64,000 nt of DNA from positions 318,526 to 382,525 of the forward strand of contig JBFLYH010000002.1 of NCBI GenBank assembly GCA_040756875.1, given 5' to 3'. Both the position numbers and the translations under genes were made by a program. This DNA comes from a candidate division FCPU426 bacterium (GTDB lineage Bacteria > Oederibacteriota > JAAXVQ01 > JAUVAV01). This document shows, piece after piece, positions 46,341-55,300 of the stretch. The first letter of the stretch is position 1. Every line of letters starts with the position of its first letter. The notes below the pieces were generated by a model that did not search any database, was not told the DNA's origin, and was given only the letters and a program-made list of their open reading frames with translations.

Positions 46341-47251
46341 TTGATTAATCCATAAGCCGTATATTTATTAATCCATTCCTGATAGCGTTTTTCCTGCTCT
46401 TCACCCACCTCCCGGGCTTCGTCGCAACCCAGCAAGTTCAGTATTACAAGTGTTTTTGGCGCTTTGTGCATATTCATAAAATATTTTTTAACTTCCTCGG
46501 CTTTAATGGCTTTATCCGCCTCCAGATTGGCTCTTATAAAAATGGGCAAATCAGCCATCACTTCGTCGTTGATGATAAAATCAAATTTGCCCTCAAGGTT
46601 TTTTTGCCTGGTCGCGACCATGACCGAGTACAGGCTATTGAATATCACTTCGGTCCTGCGGGATTTAACCAAAGAAGCCAATGCATCCTTGCTGGTGGGA
46701 TAGTAAATGGTTTTGGCAAAATATGTTTCAGCTTTGAAGTTCGGATTATGCGGATAAAATATATATTTAACTTTCGCCAAATCTTGATAATCATTGTATC
46801 CGAACACCAATCCGCGCAATTGTTCGGGCGATTTATACGGCGACCCTTTCCTCAATACAAAACAATATCGGTCGCCATTTTTTCCTTCCTGATAAAACCA
46901 AATGATGGGTTTTACCCTTTTATGCTTGTATTGTTCGAGAAACTCAACCAGGTGTCCGCATCCCATATCGACCTGCTTGCTGGCCACTTTTTGGTACATT
47001 TCCCGGTTCGAATCGAAAAACCTCATTTTCATGGGGAATCCCAGGGCAGCCGGCATTTCATGCTCGATCAAGCTGGTGAGGGCTGACACGGCTTCGCGCT
47101 CATTGGTATGTTGCGACAATGCGCTCTTGGTGCTGCCGAATACCAAGGGCCGTTCCTCGTTTGGCGCTCCCTGGCACGGGTATCCGTTCGTGATGGCAAC
47201 CAGAAAAAGCAAACCGTTTGCGAGAAATAACAATTTGTTATTCGAAATCAT
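46337..47251 (-). CDS. PhnD/SsuA-like periplasmic substrate-binding protein
   Basis: Signal or lipoprotein-like N-terminus. VDMG...VLRKGSPYKSPEQLRG pattern typical of type II binding proteins. Confidence 0.65.
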   Translation of the reverse strand: MISNNKLLFLANGLLFLVAITNGYPCQGAPNEERPLVFGSTKSALSQHTNEREAVSALTSLIEHEMPAALGFPMKMRFFDSNREMYQKVASKQVDMGCGHLVEFLEQYKHKRVKPIIWFYQEGKNGDRYCFVLRKGSPYKSPEQLRGLVFGYNDYQDLAKVKYIFYPHNPNFKAETYFAKTIYYPTSKDALASLVKSRRTEVIFNSLYSVMVATRQKNLEGKFDFIINDEVMADLPIFIRANLEADKAIKAEEVKKYFMNMHKAPKTLVILNLLGCDEAREVGEEQEKRYQEWINKYTAYGLIK

Positions 47252-48764
47252 GGAGGTCCTTCCCCAGCAGCCGGAAATACTCCACCACCATTTGCCGGTA
47301 AGCCAAAACCGCTTCCAAGTGTTTCAAACAGATTTCGCTCTCCTCCACATGCGAGCGGATGAGTTCGTCCGTATCCACCATTTCCACCCGGTAGCCCAAA
47401 ACCGCTGATTTGGACCGTTCTTTGGCCAAAGCTGCGGATTCCTCCAGCAACCGGACCTGTTCGCGGCTGGCTTCCAAATCGCGCAACATGGCCGCCAGCC
47501 GGATTTCCAAGCCTTTCTGGGCGTACTGGACCTGCAATTCAACCGCCCGGCTCTCTGCCGCCTTTTCTTTGACCGCTTCCAGGGTTTGCAATCCCAGAGG
47601 AAAGTCCCACTGGGCGCCAAAAGTGGCCTCCCAGGAATTTTCCGGCACGTACCCGAATGCCGGCACCTCGTGGAACAGGGTGTATTCGCCTTTCAGTCCG
47701 ATGGTCGGAAACAAATCCGCTTGCGCAATCTGGGTTTCCTGGGCGGCGATATTACGGCCCAGTTCCAGTTGGCGCCACACGGGATTGTTCTCTTTGAGCC
47801 GGGACAACGCCTCCGCAAAGGAAAAGGATTCTGCCCGCGGCAGACGGGTGTTGCTTTCCACCTCGACGGTTTGGCGGACTGACGTTAGAAAAGCGAGGTA
47901 CATTCGGCCTTGGTCCGACCGGCTTTTGATTTGTTGCAGCAGCGCGTCAATCTGTTTGATATAGGTTTGCACGCTCAGATAATCGTATTGATTTTTATCG
48001 CTTCCCAGATCGCGGACAAACCCTTCGGTAATCAGGAGCAACGCTTCGAAACGGCCATGCAATTCCTCGCCCAGGCGCCTTGCCTGCTCGGCATAGGCCA
48101 GGGCGAAATAGGTCCGGCATACCTCGGCCAAAAGGTCCTGGGTCGCCTCGAAATCTTTCGCCCGCTCCAATTCCTGGTTCCAGCGCGCTTGCAGATTGCG
48201 GCCTTTGATCTTGCCGCCTGTGAACAACGGCTGAACAAGGGAAACGGTCGCGCCCACCGAATGCGCGGCCAAATACCCGGATTCCAGGCTGGGGGGCACT
48301 TTGCCTTTGGCATCGTTATAGTACGGAGTGGCAGTGGCCGGATCATTGATGATGACCTGGTAAGGGTCCGTGCCCGGGGGATATCCCCGGCCGGCGAGGT
48401 CGCCGCGTTCAATGGCTTCTTTAAGGTTTAGATACGTGGCAGTGCCCAGAAACAGCTCATAGTAACCGTCGGGAATGGATATTTTGCTCACCCGGTCCGA
48501 GTCCAGCAGGGTGTACCCTGCCTCCAGGCCCAGGCGCGGGAAATACAAGGACACAGCCTGGCCGGCTTTGGCGTCCGCGGCCCGCACCCGTTGCTTGCTT
48601 GCTTCAATGAGGGGGTTATTGGCCAGGGCCAGATCCAGGCATTGACGCACGGTCAGAGGTTCGGGCGATGTTTCGGATGTGGAAGGTTCCGCGGCCAGGA
48701 CCGCGTTCGTGGAGAGAAGCAGGCAAAATAATAAAAGCTTAGCTGTGGTTTTTGGCACGTCCAT
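47238..48764 (-). CDS. TolC-family outer-membrane channel
   Basis: LTVRQCLDLALANNP, YFPRLGL, LVQPLFTGG, NNP...ADLFPTIGL duplicated architecture. Confidence 0.85.
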   Translation of the reverse strand: MDVPKTTAKLLLFCLLLSTNAVLAAEPSTSETSPEPLTVRQCLDLALANNPLIEASKQRVRAADAKAGQAVSLYFPRLGLEAGYTLLDSDRVSKISIPDGYYELFLGTATYLNLKEAIERGDLAGRGYPPGTDPYQVIINDPATATPYYNDAKGKVPPSLESGYLAAHSVGATVSLVQPLFTGGKIKGRNLQARWNQELERAKDFEATQDLLAEVCRTYFALAYAEQARRLGEELHGRFEALLLITEGFVRDLGSDKNQYDYLSVQTYIKQIDALLQQIKSRSDQGRMYLAFLTSVRQTVEVESNTRLPRAESFSFAEALSRLKENNPVWRQLELGRNIAAQETQIAQADLFPTIGLKGEYTLFHEVPAFGYVPENSWEATFGAQWDFPLGLQTLEAVKEKAAESRAVELQVQYAQKGLEIRLAAMLRDLEASREQVRLLEESAALAKERSKSAVLGYRVEMVDTDELIRSHVEESEICLKHLEAVLAYRQMVVEYFRLLGKDLHDFE

Positions 48765-48830
48765 TATCCCCCCGCTTTAGAGTGCCGATAGGCGCCCCAT
48801 ATTACATGAAATCCGCATTTCTCCGGGAAT

Positions 48831-48863
48831 AAAAAAGGCCGGGAAGCAGGCGCTTCCCGGCCT
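48831..48863 (-). terminator. Intrinsic terminator after the mfd-surA operon
   Basis: AGGCCGGGAAGC/GCTTCCCGGCCT hairpin followed by TTTTTT on the minus strand. Confidence 0.8.
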
Positions 48864-48879
48864 CGGTCTACAAACAGGT

Positions 48880-49977
48880 TCAGTTTTTTTTGTCTGCGTA
48901 TTCGACTTTATATTTCTGCTTCAGGCTTTCGATCCAGGCTTTGTAGCGCGCCTCGGAGCCCTCTTCCATGATCTGCTTGCGAATCTGTCCCACGACCTCC
49001 TCGTACGGCATCTGGCCGCCGGATTGCCGGTCTTCGACCCGCACGATAAAGTAGCCGCGCGCTGTGTCAATCACTGCCGAGGGTTTGCCAAGGGCCAGGG
49101 GACCGAAGACGACTTTCTCGAATTCCTTCAACCCTGTGTCGCCGGGTTCGATCCAACCGATGTCGCCGCCCCGGTCCTTGGTGGCCGCGTGCTCCGAGAA
49201 TTCCCGGGCGACCGCGGAAAAGTCCGCGCTCTGTTTGAGCCGGGCCGCAGCCTCCTGGATTTTCGCCCGGGCCTGCTGGTCGCGCCGGGCGAATTCATCG
49301 GTGGGCAGCCCCACATCCGGGCGGGCCACGAAAATCTGGCTGACCCGGGCGCGTGACGGCCGCTGGAAATCCTTGCGGTGTTCCTGGTAGTAAGCCTTGA
49401 GCTGCGCCTCGGAGACTTCAGCGCCGGTTTTAAGCTCCTGCATTTTCGTCTGCAGCAGCCGCTGGCGCAAAATCAACTCTTTGGTGATCTGCTGGCGGAT
49501 TTTCCTGAACTCCTGTTCGGTCAGATGCTCCTGCTCCAGTTTTTCCCGGAAAGCCTTGGGCGAGGGAAACTGGGCCTTCAAGGCTTCGATGTCCTTATCC
49601 GTCTGCTCCTCTACGACCGTATCCTGCACTTCGATTTTCTGCTCCCGGGCCTCCAGCAACAGGAGTTTGCCCTCGATCAGGCGGTCGCGGTTCATTTTGC
49701 GGTATTCCTCGACCTTGGCTTCCAATTCGACGCCCCGCAGCTCCAGACTCAGCCGCTCGCGGATTTGCCGGATCGGCTCCTCAAGATCCTGCGTAGTGAT
49801 GATTTCATTGCCCACCCGGATCTCGACCCGGTCCAAGACCACCGGCTGGCCCGCGGGCACGGCTTTGACCGCCACGGGTGTCGTGCCGCCGGGCTCCGCC
49901 GTTCCCGCCCCAGCCGGGCCCGTGGCAAGCCATCCCACTCCGCACAAGCATAATCCAATTGCCATGATTCTCTTCAT
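48880..49977 (-). CDS. surA: SurA-like chaperone with parvulin PPIase domain
   Basis: VLDRVEIRVGNEIIT, FSAVAREFSE...GGDIGW, GYFIVRV. Confidence 0.8.
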   Translation of the reverse strand: MKRIMAIGLCLCGVGWLATGPAGAGTAEPGGTTPVAVKAVPAGQPVVLDRVEIRVGNEIITTQDLEEPIRQIRERLSLELRGVELEAKVEEYRKMNRDRLIEGKLLLLEAREQKIEVQDTVVEEQTDKDIEALKAQFPSPKAFREKLEQEHLTEQEFRKIRQQITKELILRQRLLQTKMQELKTGAEVSEAQLKAYYQEHRKDFQRPSRARVSQIFVARPDVGLPTDEFARRDQQARAKIQEAAARLKQSADFSAVAREFSEHAATKDRGGDIGWIEPGDTGLKEFEKVVFGPLALGKPSAVIDTARGYFIVRVEDRQSGGQMPYEEVVGQIRKQIMEEGSEARYKAWIESLKQKYKVEYADKKN

Positions 49978-50912
49978 TCCGCACCTCGACGCGCATGGAT
50001 GACGATCGTCGCCTGGGCGCGCAGATTTTCAAGCCAGGCTTGGAACGCCTTTTCGATTTTTTGGAGTTTCAAATCCTCCGCGATCATCTCTTTCGCCTCA
50101 GTCAATGGGATTTTTCCTCCGGTCTGTTTCTCATCGACCAGGAACAAATGGTAGCCGTAGGGCGTGGCCACGGGCTGGCTGACCTGACCGGTCTTCTGGC
50201 TGAAGAGGACGCGGGAAAACGACTGCGGCAGCCCATCTTTTTCCACCCAACCCAGGTCGCCGCCCTGATCCTTTTCAGGCCCCCGCGAAAATCGTTTGGC
50301 CAAGTCGGCAAATGCCTCGCCGGCCGCCAATTGCTGCAAAATCGCTTCCGCCTGGGCCTTGGTTTCGACCACGATTTGCCGGGCATGAACGCGGTCCTGA
50401 CGGTAGAATTGGAGCAGGTGCGTCCAGTAGTAGGCTTCGATCTCGTCTTCGCCGATATGGATCGGGTCCTCAACCGCCTGCTTGATGGTCGCCTCGACAA
50501 GCAGGCGCGTATGCATCAGGTCCTGCAAGTCCGAGGGTTTCAATTGCTGCAAAGATAACAGCCGGTTGACTTCCTCTGGGGCATACCCTTCCCAAAATTT
50601 GGCGATGAACCCGTCCACGGACGTTTCGGAGATGCTGATCTTCAGCCGCCGCGCTTCGTCCATGATCAAGCGGTCGTTGATCATGCGGTCCAGGACATCC
50701 TCGCGGGTGATCGACGAAAACGCCACGCCTTCGCTGACCTGCAGGAAGCGCATCTCGCGTTTCAATTCGCTTTCCAGGATATCCTGTCCGTTGACCGTGA
50801 CCAAAACGCGGGGAGCGTGCCACTGCCCGGAAAAGTATTTGACCAAATACCCGAGGGAAAACAGCAAAGCTCCGCCGAGAACCGCGGCGGTGATGAGGAG
50901 GGTTCTTTTCAT
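49974..50912 (-). CDS. SurA/PrsA-like parvulin PPIase
   Basis: VTVNGQDI, HARQIVV, FADLAKRFS...GGDLGW, TPYGYHLF. Confidence 0.85.
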   Translation of the reverse strand: MKRTLLITAAVLGGALLFSLGYLVKYFSGQWHAPRVLVTVNGQDILESELKREMRFLQVSEGVAFSSITREDVLDRMINDRLIMDEARRLKISISETSVDGFIAKFWEGYAPEEVNRLLSLQQLKPSDLQDLMHTRLLVEATIKQAVEDPIHIGEDEIEAYYWTHLLQFYRQDRVHARQIVVETKAQAEAILQQLAAGEAFADLAKRFSRGPEKDQGGDLGWVEKDGLPQSFSRVLFSQKTGQVSQPVATPYGYHLFLVDEKQTGGKIPLTEAKEMIAEDLKLQKIEKAFQAWLENLRAQATIVIHARRGAE

Positions 50913-50954
50913 GGGGCTCCCTAGGGCGAGTTCGTCCTGAACGGCGCTGCCGGA

Positions 50955-51647
50955 TTAACGCTTGCCGGAATCGTCGATGATCAAATCCTGGCTGTTTTCG
51001 CCGTACAGGTCCCGAAAGAGGGTTTCCTTGACCTCCACGGAATGCTGCTTCTGCAGGTTGCGGATCAGCTTTTCCTCGACCAAAATGGCGTGGATCTGCT
51101 TCTGCACGGCCTCCAGGGCCGGCACTTTGGCCGCCGGATTGAGCACTTTCAGCTTCCGCGCGTAATCGTCATAATACTCTTTGACTTCCGAATCGGCGAC
51201 TTCGACGCCTTCCGCACCTTCCTGCTTCAGGCGCCGGTTGAGTTCGGACAGCAGCACGTTTTCATATACTTGTCGGGGCAGGGACTTGGCCCGCTGTTTC
51301 ATATCCGCCAGGCGCTGCTCGAATTCGCTCGTGGTTTTGGCCTGCAGCTCCTTGAGCTTGGCCTTGACGTCGCCGTCTTTTTGGTAGCCGCGTCGTTCGG
51401 CTTCCATGACCAGAAGTTCCTTTTTCACCAGGTTGTCCAGGATTTTGTGTTTGCCATTATAAGACTCCGCCAGAATTTTATAGTTCTCCGGCAGGTTGTT
51501 GAGCGCCTGCTTGAAATCAGCCACCGTGATTTTTTGCTCGCCCACCACGGCCAATACCTTTTGATCGGCCCCACTGCCGCAGCCGCTCAGCCACAACCAT
51601 CCACCGGCAACTGCCAGCGTCCATCCCTGCCAGGTCGTTCGCTTCAT
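50955..51647 (-). CDS. SurA N-terminal-domain lipoprotein without a PPIase domain
   Basis: Lipobox LSGC, VLAVVGEQKIT, ILDNLVKKELL..EA. No parvulin motifs. Confidence 0.65.
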   Translation of the reverse strand: MKRTTWQGWTLAVAGGWLWLSGCGSGADQKVLAVVGEQKITVADFKQALNNLPENYKILAESYNGKHKILDNLVKKELLVMEAERRGYQKDGDVKAKLKELQAKTTSEFEQRLADMKQRAKSLPRQVYENVLLSELNRRLKQEGAEGVEVADSEVKEYYDDYARKLKVLNPAAKVPALEAVQKQIHAILVEEKLIRNLQKQHSVEVKETLFRDLYGENSQDLIIDDSGKR

Positions 51648-51819
51648 GCGTTCCACCTCATTCTTTTTCAATAGGTTGAAAACAGCTGGCGGCAAGCCGC
51701 CGATTGGGGCGCTTTGCCACGTTTTTTCCTTAATATATATCCCAATATTGCCGGTCGGCGGTTGCTATAGCCGGCCCTTTGGCTTTCACGTCTGAAAAAC
51801 GTTTAATTTATTGTTTATA

Positions 51820-54800
51820 TCACACTGAATTTAACTCGGACAAGAACTTTTTGATCTCTGCCAGGGGGTCCTGCCCTTTCAGGTTGAATTCGAAACCCGG
51901 CTGTTCGCCGGGCAGAAAGCGCAATCCCGGGATTTTTCCGGCCATCAGGCGGTCAACCACTGCTTTGGGCGGCTGGTAGTACTTGGGCCAGCGCAGCAGG
52001 CTGCGGCGGGAATCCAGGTTGACCTCCCGGAGACGCAACGCCAGGGCAGCCACCCGGACCTCGGCCACGGACAACAGGGTTTGCGCCGGGCCGGGCAGGG
52101 GCCCGAAGCGGCTTTCGATTTCCTTCCACAAAGCCGCCAGTTCGGCCGGAGTGCGCACCCCGGCCAGGCGCTTGTACAGGTTGAGCCGGGCCATGGTGTC
52201 GGGCACATAATCACCCGGCAGGTAGGCGTCCTGGGCGATCGAGATTTTGACTTCAGCCGGCGCCTCCTGCCTCTGGCCTTTGAGCTCCCGCACCGCTTCT
52301 TCCAGCAGACCGCAGTAGGTTTCGAAACCCACGGCTGTCACCGGGCCGGATTGCTCGGGCCCCAGAATGTCGCCGGCCCCGCGGATTTCCAGGTCCCGCA
52401 GTGCGACCTTCAGGCCGGAGCCGAGTTCCGTGAATTCCTGCAAGGTCAGCATGCGCTTCTCGGCATCTCCCGTAACCGCGCCGCCGACCGGGTAAAACAG
52501 GTAGGCGTACGCCTGCCGGTCCGCCCGCCCCACCCTTCCCCGCAACTGATAGAGCTGGGCGATGCCGAGCGCGTCCGCGCGGTTGATGAGGATGGTGTTG
52601 ACATTGGGCATATCCAGCCCGGCTTCCACGATGGTGGTGGAGACCAGCATGTCCTCGGCGCGGCTGATGAAGCGCTCCATCACCGGCTCCAGCTGGTCCC
52701 GGGTCATCTGCCCGTGCGCAACCGCGATCCGGGCTTCGGGCACCAGGCGTTTCAGGCGTTCGGCCATGGGGCCGATGGTCTGCACGCGGTTGTGCACGAA
52801 AAAAACCTGCCCGCCGCGCCCCAGTTCGCGCAGTACGGCCTCGCGGATCACGGCCTCGGAATACTCCAGGACATAGGTGCGGATCGGCAGCCGGTTCAGG
52901 GGCGGGGTCTCGATCACGGAGATGTCGCGGATTCCGGAGACCGACAGGTACAGCGTGCGGGGAATGGGCGTGGCGGTCAGGGCCAGCACGTCCACCACGG
53001 AGCGGAGCTTCTTGAGCTTTTCCTTCTGCTTGACGCCGAAGTGCTGCTCCTCGTCCAGGATGACGAGCCCGAGTTTGGCGAAAGCCACGTCCTGCGAAAG
53101 CAGCTTGTGCGTGCCGATGACGATGTCCACCGCGCCCTGGGCCAGGTCGCGCAGGACCTTTTTCTGCTCGGCCGGCGTGCGGAAACGCGAGAGCAGCTCG
53201 ATGCGGACCGGATAGGCGGCCATGCGCTCCTTGAAGGTGGCGAAGTGCTGGTCCGCCAGAATGGTCGTGGGCACCAGCACCGCCACCTGCATGCCCTCCT
53301 GCGTCACCTTGAAGGCGGCCCGCATGGCCACTTCGGTCTTGCCGAAGCCCACGTCCCCGCACACCAGGCGGTCCATGGGTTTGGGTTTCTCCAGGTCCCG
53401 CTTGACTTCCAGGATGGCCCGCGCCTGGTCCGGCGTTTCCTCGTAGGGAAACGCCTCCTCGAATTCCTTCTGCCAGGCCGTGTCCGGGCCGAAGGCATGG
53501 GCCTCGTGCACCTGCCGGGCCGCGTATATTTCCAGCAGCTGCCGCGCCAGTTCGGCCACGGACTCCCGCACGCGCTGTTTGGTGCGTTCCCAGGCGCCGG
53601 TGCCCAGGTGGTTCAGGCGCGGGGCGCCGTCGCTGCCGAGGTATTTTTCCACCAGGCGCAGCTGGTCCGTGGGCACGTAGAGCTTCTCGTCGTTGGCGTA
53701 CAGCAGCAGGACGAACTCCTGCTCCCCGCCGTCGATGGCGAGCCGGGTCACGCCTCCGTACCGGGCCAGGCCGTGGTCCCGGTGCACGGCCAAATCGCCG
53801 ATCTTCAGCTCCAGCACGTCGCTCAGCGGCTGCGAAGGGTAGGCTGCGCCCTTCAAACGGCGGGGTTTGGGACGGCCCAGATGGCGGTTGAAGATTTCCT
53901 GGTCGGAAAAAACCACGATCCCGCAGGCCGGATACTGGAAGCCTTGGGGCAGGTAGCCCAAATGGAAGGTGAAATGCCCGAGCAGATCCGGCTGGCTGAG
54001 CGTGGAAGCCTGCTCGGCCAGAATCTGCCGGAAGCGGCGCTCCTCCGCGGCGTTGTGGGCGACCAGATGCAGTTCCAGCCCCTGGCGTTTGAGCGCCAGG
54101 GCTTCGCGCACCAGCAGTTCGACGCTGCCCCGCATGGGGTCCGTGCCTTTGACCACGCCAGTCAGCTGCGGCCAGTGCTCGGTTTCCGGCCACACCTGCT
54201 GTTTGAGGCGGCCGGTCAGAACGCAGGCGCCGGCCGTGATCCGGCGGCCCAGGTCGCCAAAGGGAAGGTACAACCGCTCCGGCGAAGGCAGCAGCGGCGC
54301 CTGGGACCTGCGCTCGGCGTACAGGCGCTGGTTGCGGGCCTCGTCCTGCTCGGCCTGCTTTTGGCACAGGCCGGGCGAGTCCATGACCACCACGGTTTCC
54401 GGCGGCAGGTAGTCCAGCAGGCAGGCCGTGGGCAGGAAATCAGGCAGGTAGTTTTCCGCGCCCGGCGGTTGGGAATCCGCCTCCAGGCTCGCGGCCAGCG
54501 GCGCGACCGCAGCCGTGCCGTGCTGACGCGTCAGCCGCGCCAGGCCCTGCCGGATCTCCGCCGCCGAGGGCGCGAACAGCCGCGCCGGGGTGATTTCCGC
54601 TTCCCGGGCCATGCCGGCGGGCGCCGGATCGTCGGGCTGCAGGGTAAAGCGGCGCAGGCTGACGATTTCCGAACCGGAAAATTCGACGCGCCAGGGCGAG
54701 AGGTCCGCGGGCGGAAAGATATCCACGATTCCGCCGCGCACCGCCACCTGGCCGCGCGCCTCCACCATGCTTTCGCGCACGTAGCCGCGCTCGATCAGGT

Positions 54801-55290
54801 CGGCCAGCAGCCGGTCACGGTCCAGAAACTGCCCCTGCGCCAGGGTCAGGCAGCGGCCGAGCAGCCAGGACGGGCTCGGCAGGACCTCGCGGACCTGTTC
54901 GGCCGCGGCCACCACCACCGAGACCTGGCCCCGGGCCAGGCGCAGCAGCACTTCCAGGCGTTCGCCCTCAGCTTCCAGGTCCGGCAGCGCGTGCTCGTAC
55001 GGCAGCAACTCGCGGCCAGGAAATAAAAACAGCTCCTCCTGCTCGGGGTCCGGGTGCTCCAAAAAGATGCGGAACTGGTCGTACAGGCGCCGGGCTTCGT
55101 CCTGGGTGGGCACCACCAGCATGAGGGGCCTGCGAACCTGCTCCCTCACCCCGGACCATAAGAAGGGATAGGCCGAGCCCCACCATCCGAGTGCCCAGGC
55201 CTTGGGGTGGGGCGTTTGGGACAGCAGACGGCACAACTCCGTGTACTGCGGGTCCTGATGGAGTTTGATCAACAGGGCTCGTAAAGGCAT
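51820..55290 (-). CDS. mfd: Transcription-repair coupling factor
   Basis: VRGGIVDIF, CarD-like RID, MDRLVCGDVGFGKTEVA, DEEQ, TATPIPRTL, QLRGRVGR, DLEIRGAG. Confidence 0.97.
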   Translation of the reverse strand: MPLRALLIKLHQDPQYTELCRLLSQTPHPKAWALGWWGSAYPFLWSGVREQVRRPLMLVVPTQDEARRLYDQFRIFLEHPDPEQEELFLFPGRELLPYEHALPDLEAEGERLEVLLRLARGQVSVVVAAAEQVREVLPSPSWLLGRCLTLAQGQFLDRDRLLADLIERGYVRESMVEARGQVAVRGGIVDIFPPADLSPWRVEFSGSEIVSLRRFTLQPDDPAPAGMAREAEITPARLFAPSAAEIRQGLARLTRQHGTAAVAPLAASLEADSQPPGAENYLPDFLPTACLLDYLPPETVVVMDSPGLCQKQAEQDEARNQRLYAERRSQAPLLPSPERLYLPFGDLGRRITAGACVLTGRLKQQVWPETEHWPQLTGVVKGTDPMRGSVELLVREALALKRQGLELHLVAHNAAEERRFRQILAEQASTLSQPDLLGHFTFHLGYLPQGFQYPACGIVVFSDQEIFNRHLGRPKPRRLKGAAYPSQPLSDVLELKIGDLAVHRDHGLARYGGVTRLAIDGGEQEFVLLLYANDEKLYVPTDQLRLVEKYLGSDGAPRLNHLGTGAWERTKQRVRESVAELARQLLEIYAARQVHEAHAFGPDTAWQKEFEEAFPYEETPDQARAILEVKRDLEKPKPMDRLVCGDVGFGKTEVAMRAAFKVTQEGMQVAVLVPTTILADQHFATFKERMAAYPVRIELLSRFRTPAEQKKVLRDLAQGAVDIVIGTHKLLSQDVAFAKLGLVILDEEQHFGVKQKEKLKKLRSVVDVLALTATPIPRTLYLSVSGIRDISVIETPPLNRLPIRTYVLEYSEAVIREAVLRELGRGGQVFFVHNRVQTIGPMAERLKRLVPEARIAVAHGQMTRDQLEPVMERFISRAEDMLVSTTIVEAGLDMPNVNTILINRADALGIAQLYQLRGRVGRADRQAYAYLFYPVGGAVTGDAEKRMLTLQEFTELGSGLKVALRDLEIRGAGDILGPEQSGPVTAVGFETYCGLLEEAVRELKGQRQEAPAEVKISIAQDAYLPGDYVPDTMARLNLYKRLAGVRTPAELAALWKEIESRFGPLPGPAQTLLSVAEVRVAALALRLREVNLDSRRSLLRWPKYYQPPKAVVDRLMAGKIPGLRFLPGEQPGFEFNLKGQDPLAEIKKFLSELNSV

Positions 55291-55300
55291 GTTCCTTTTC

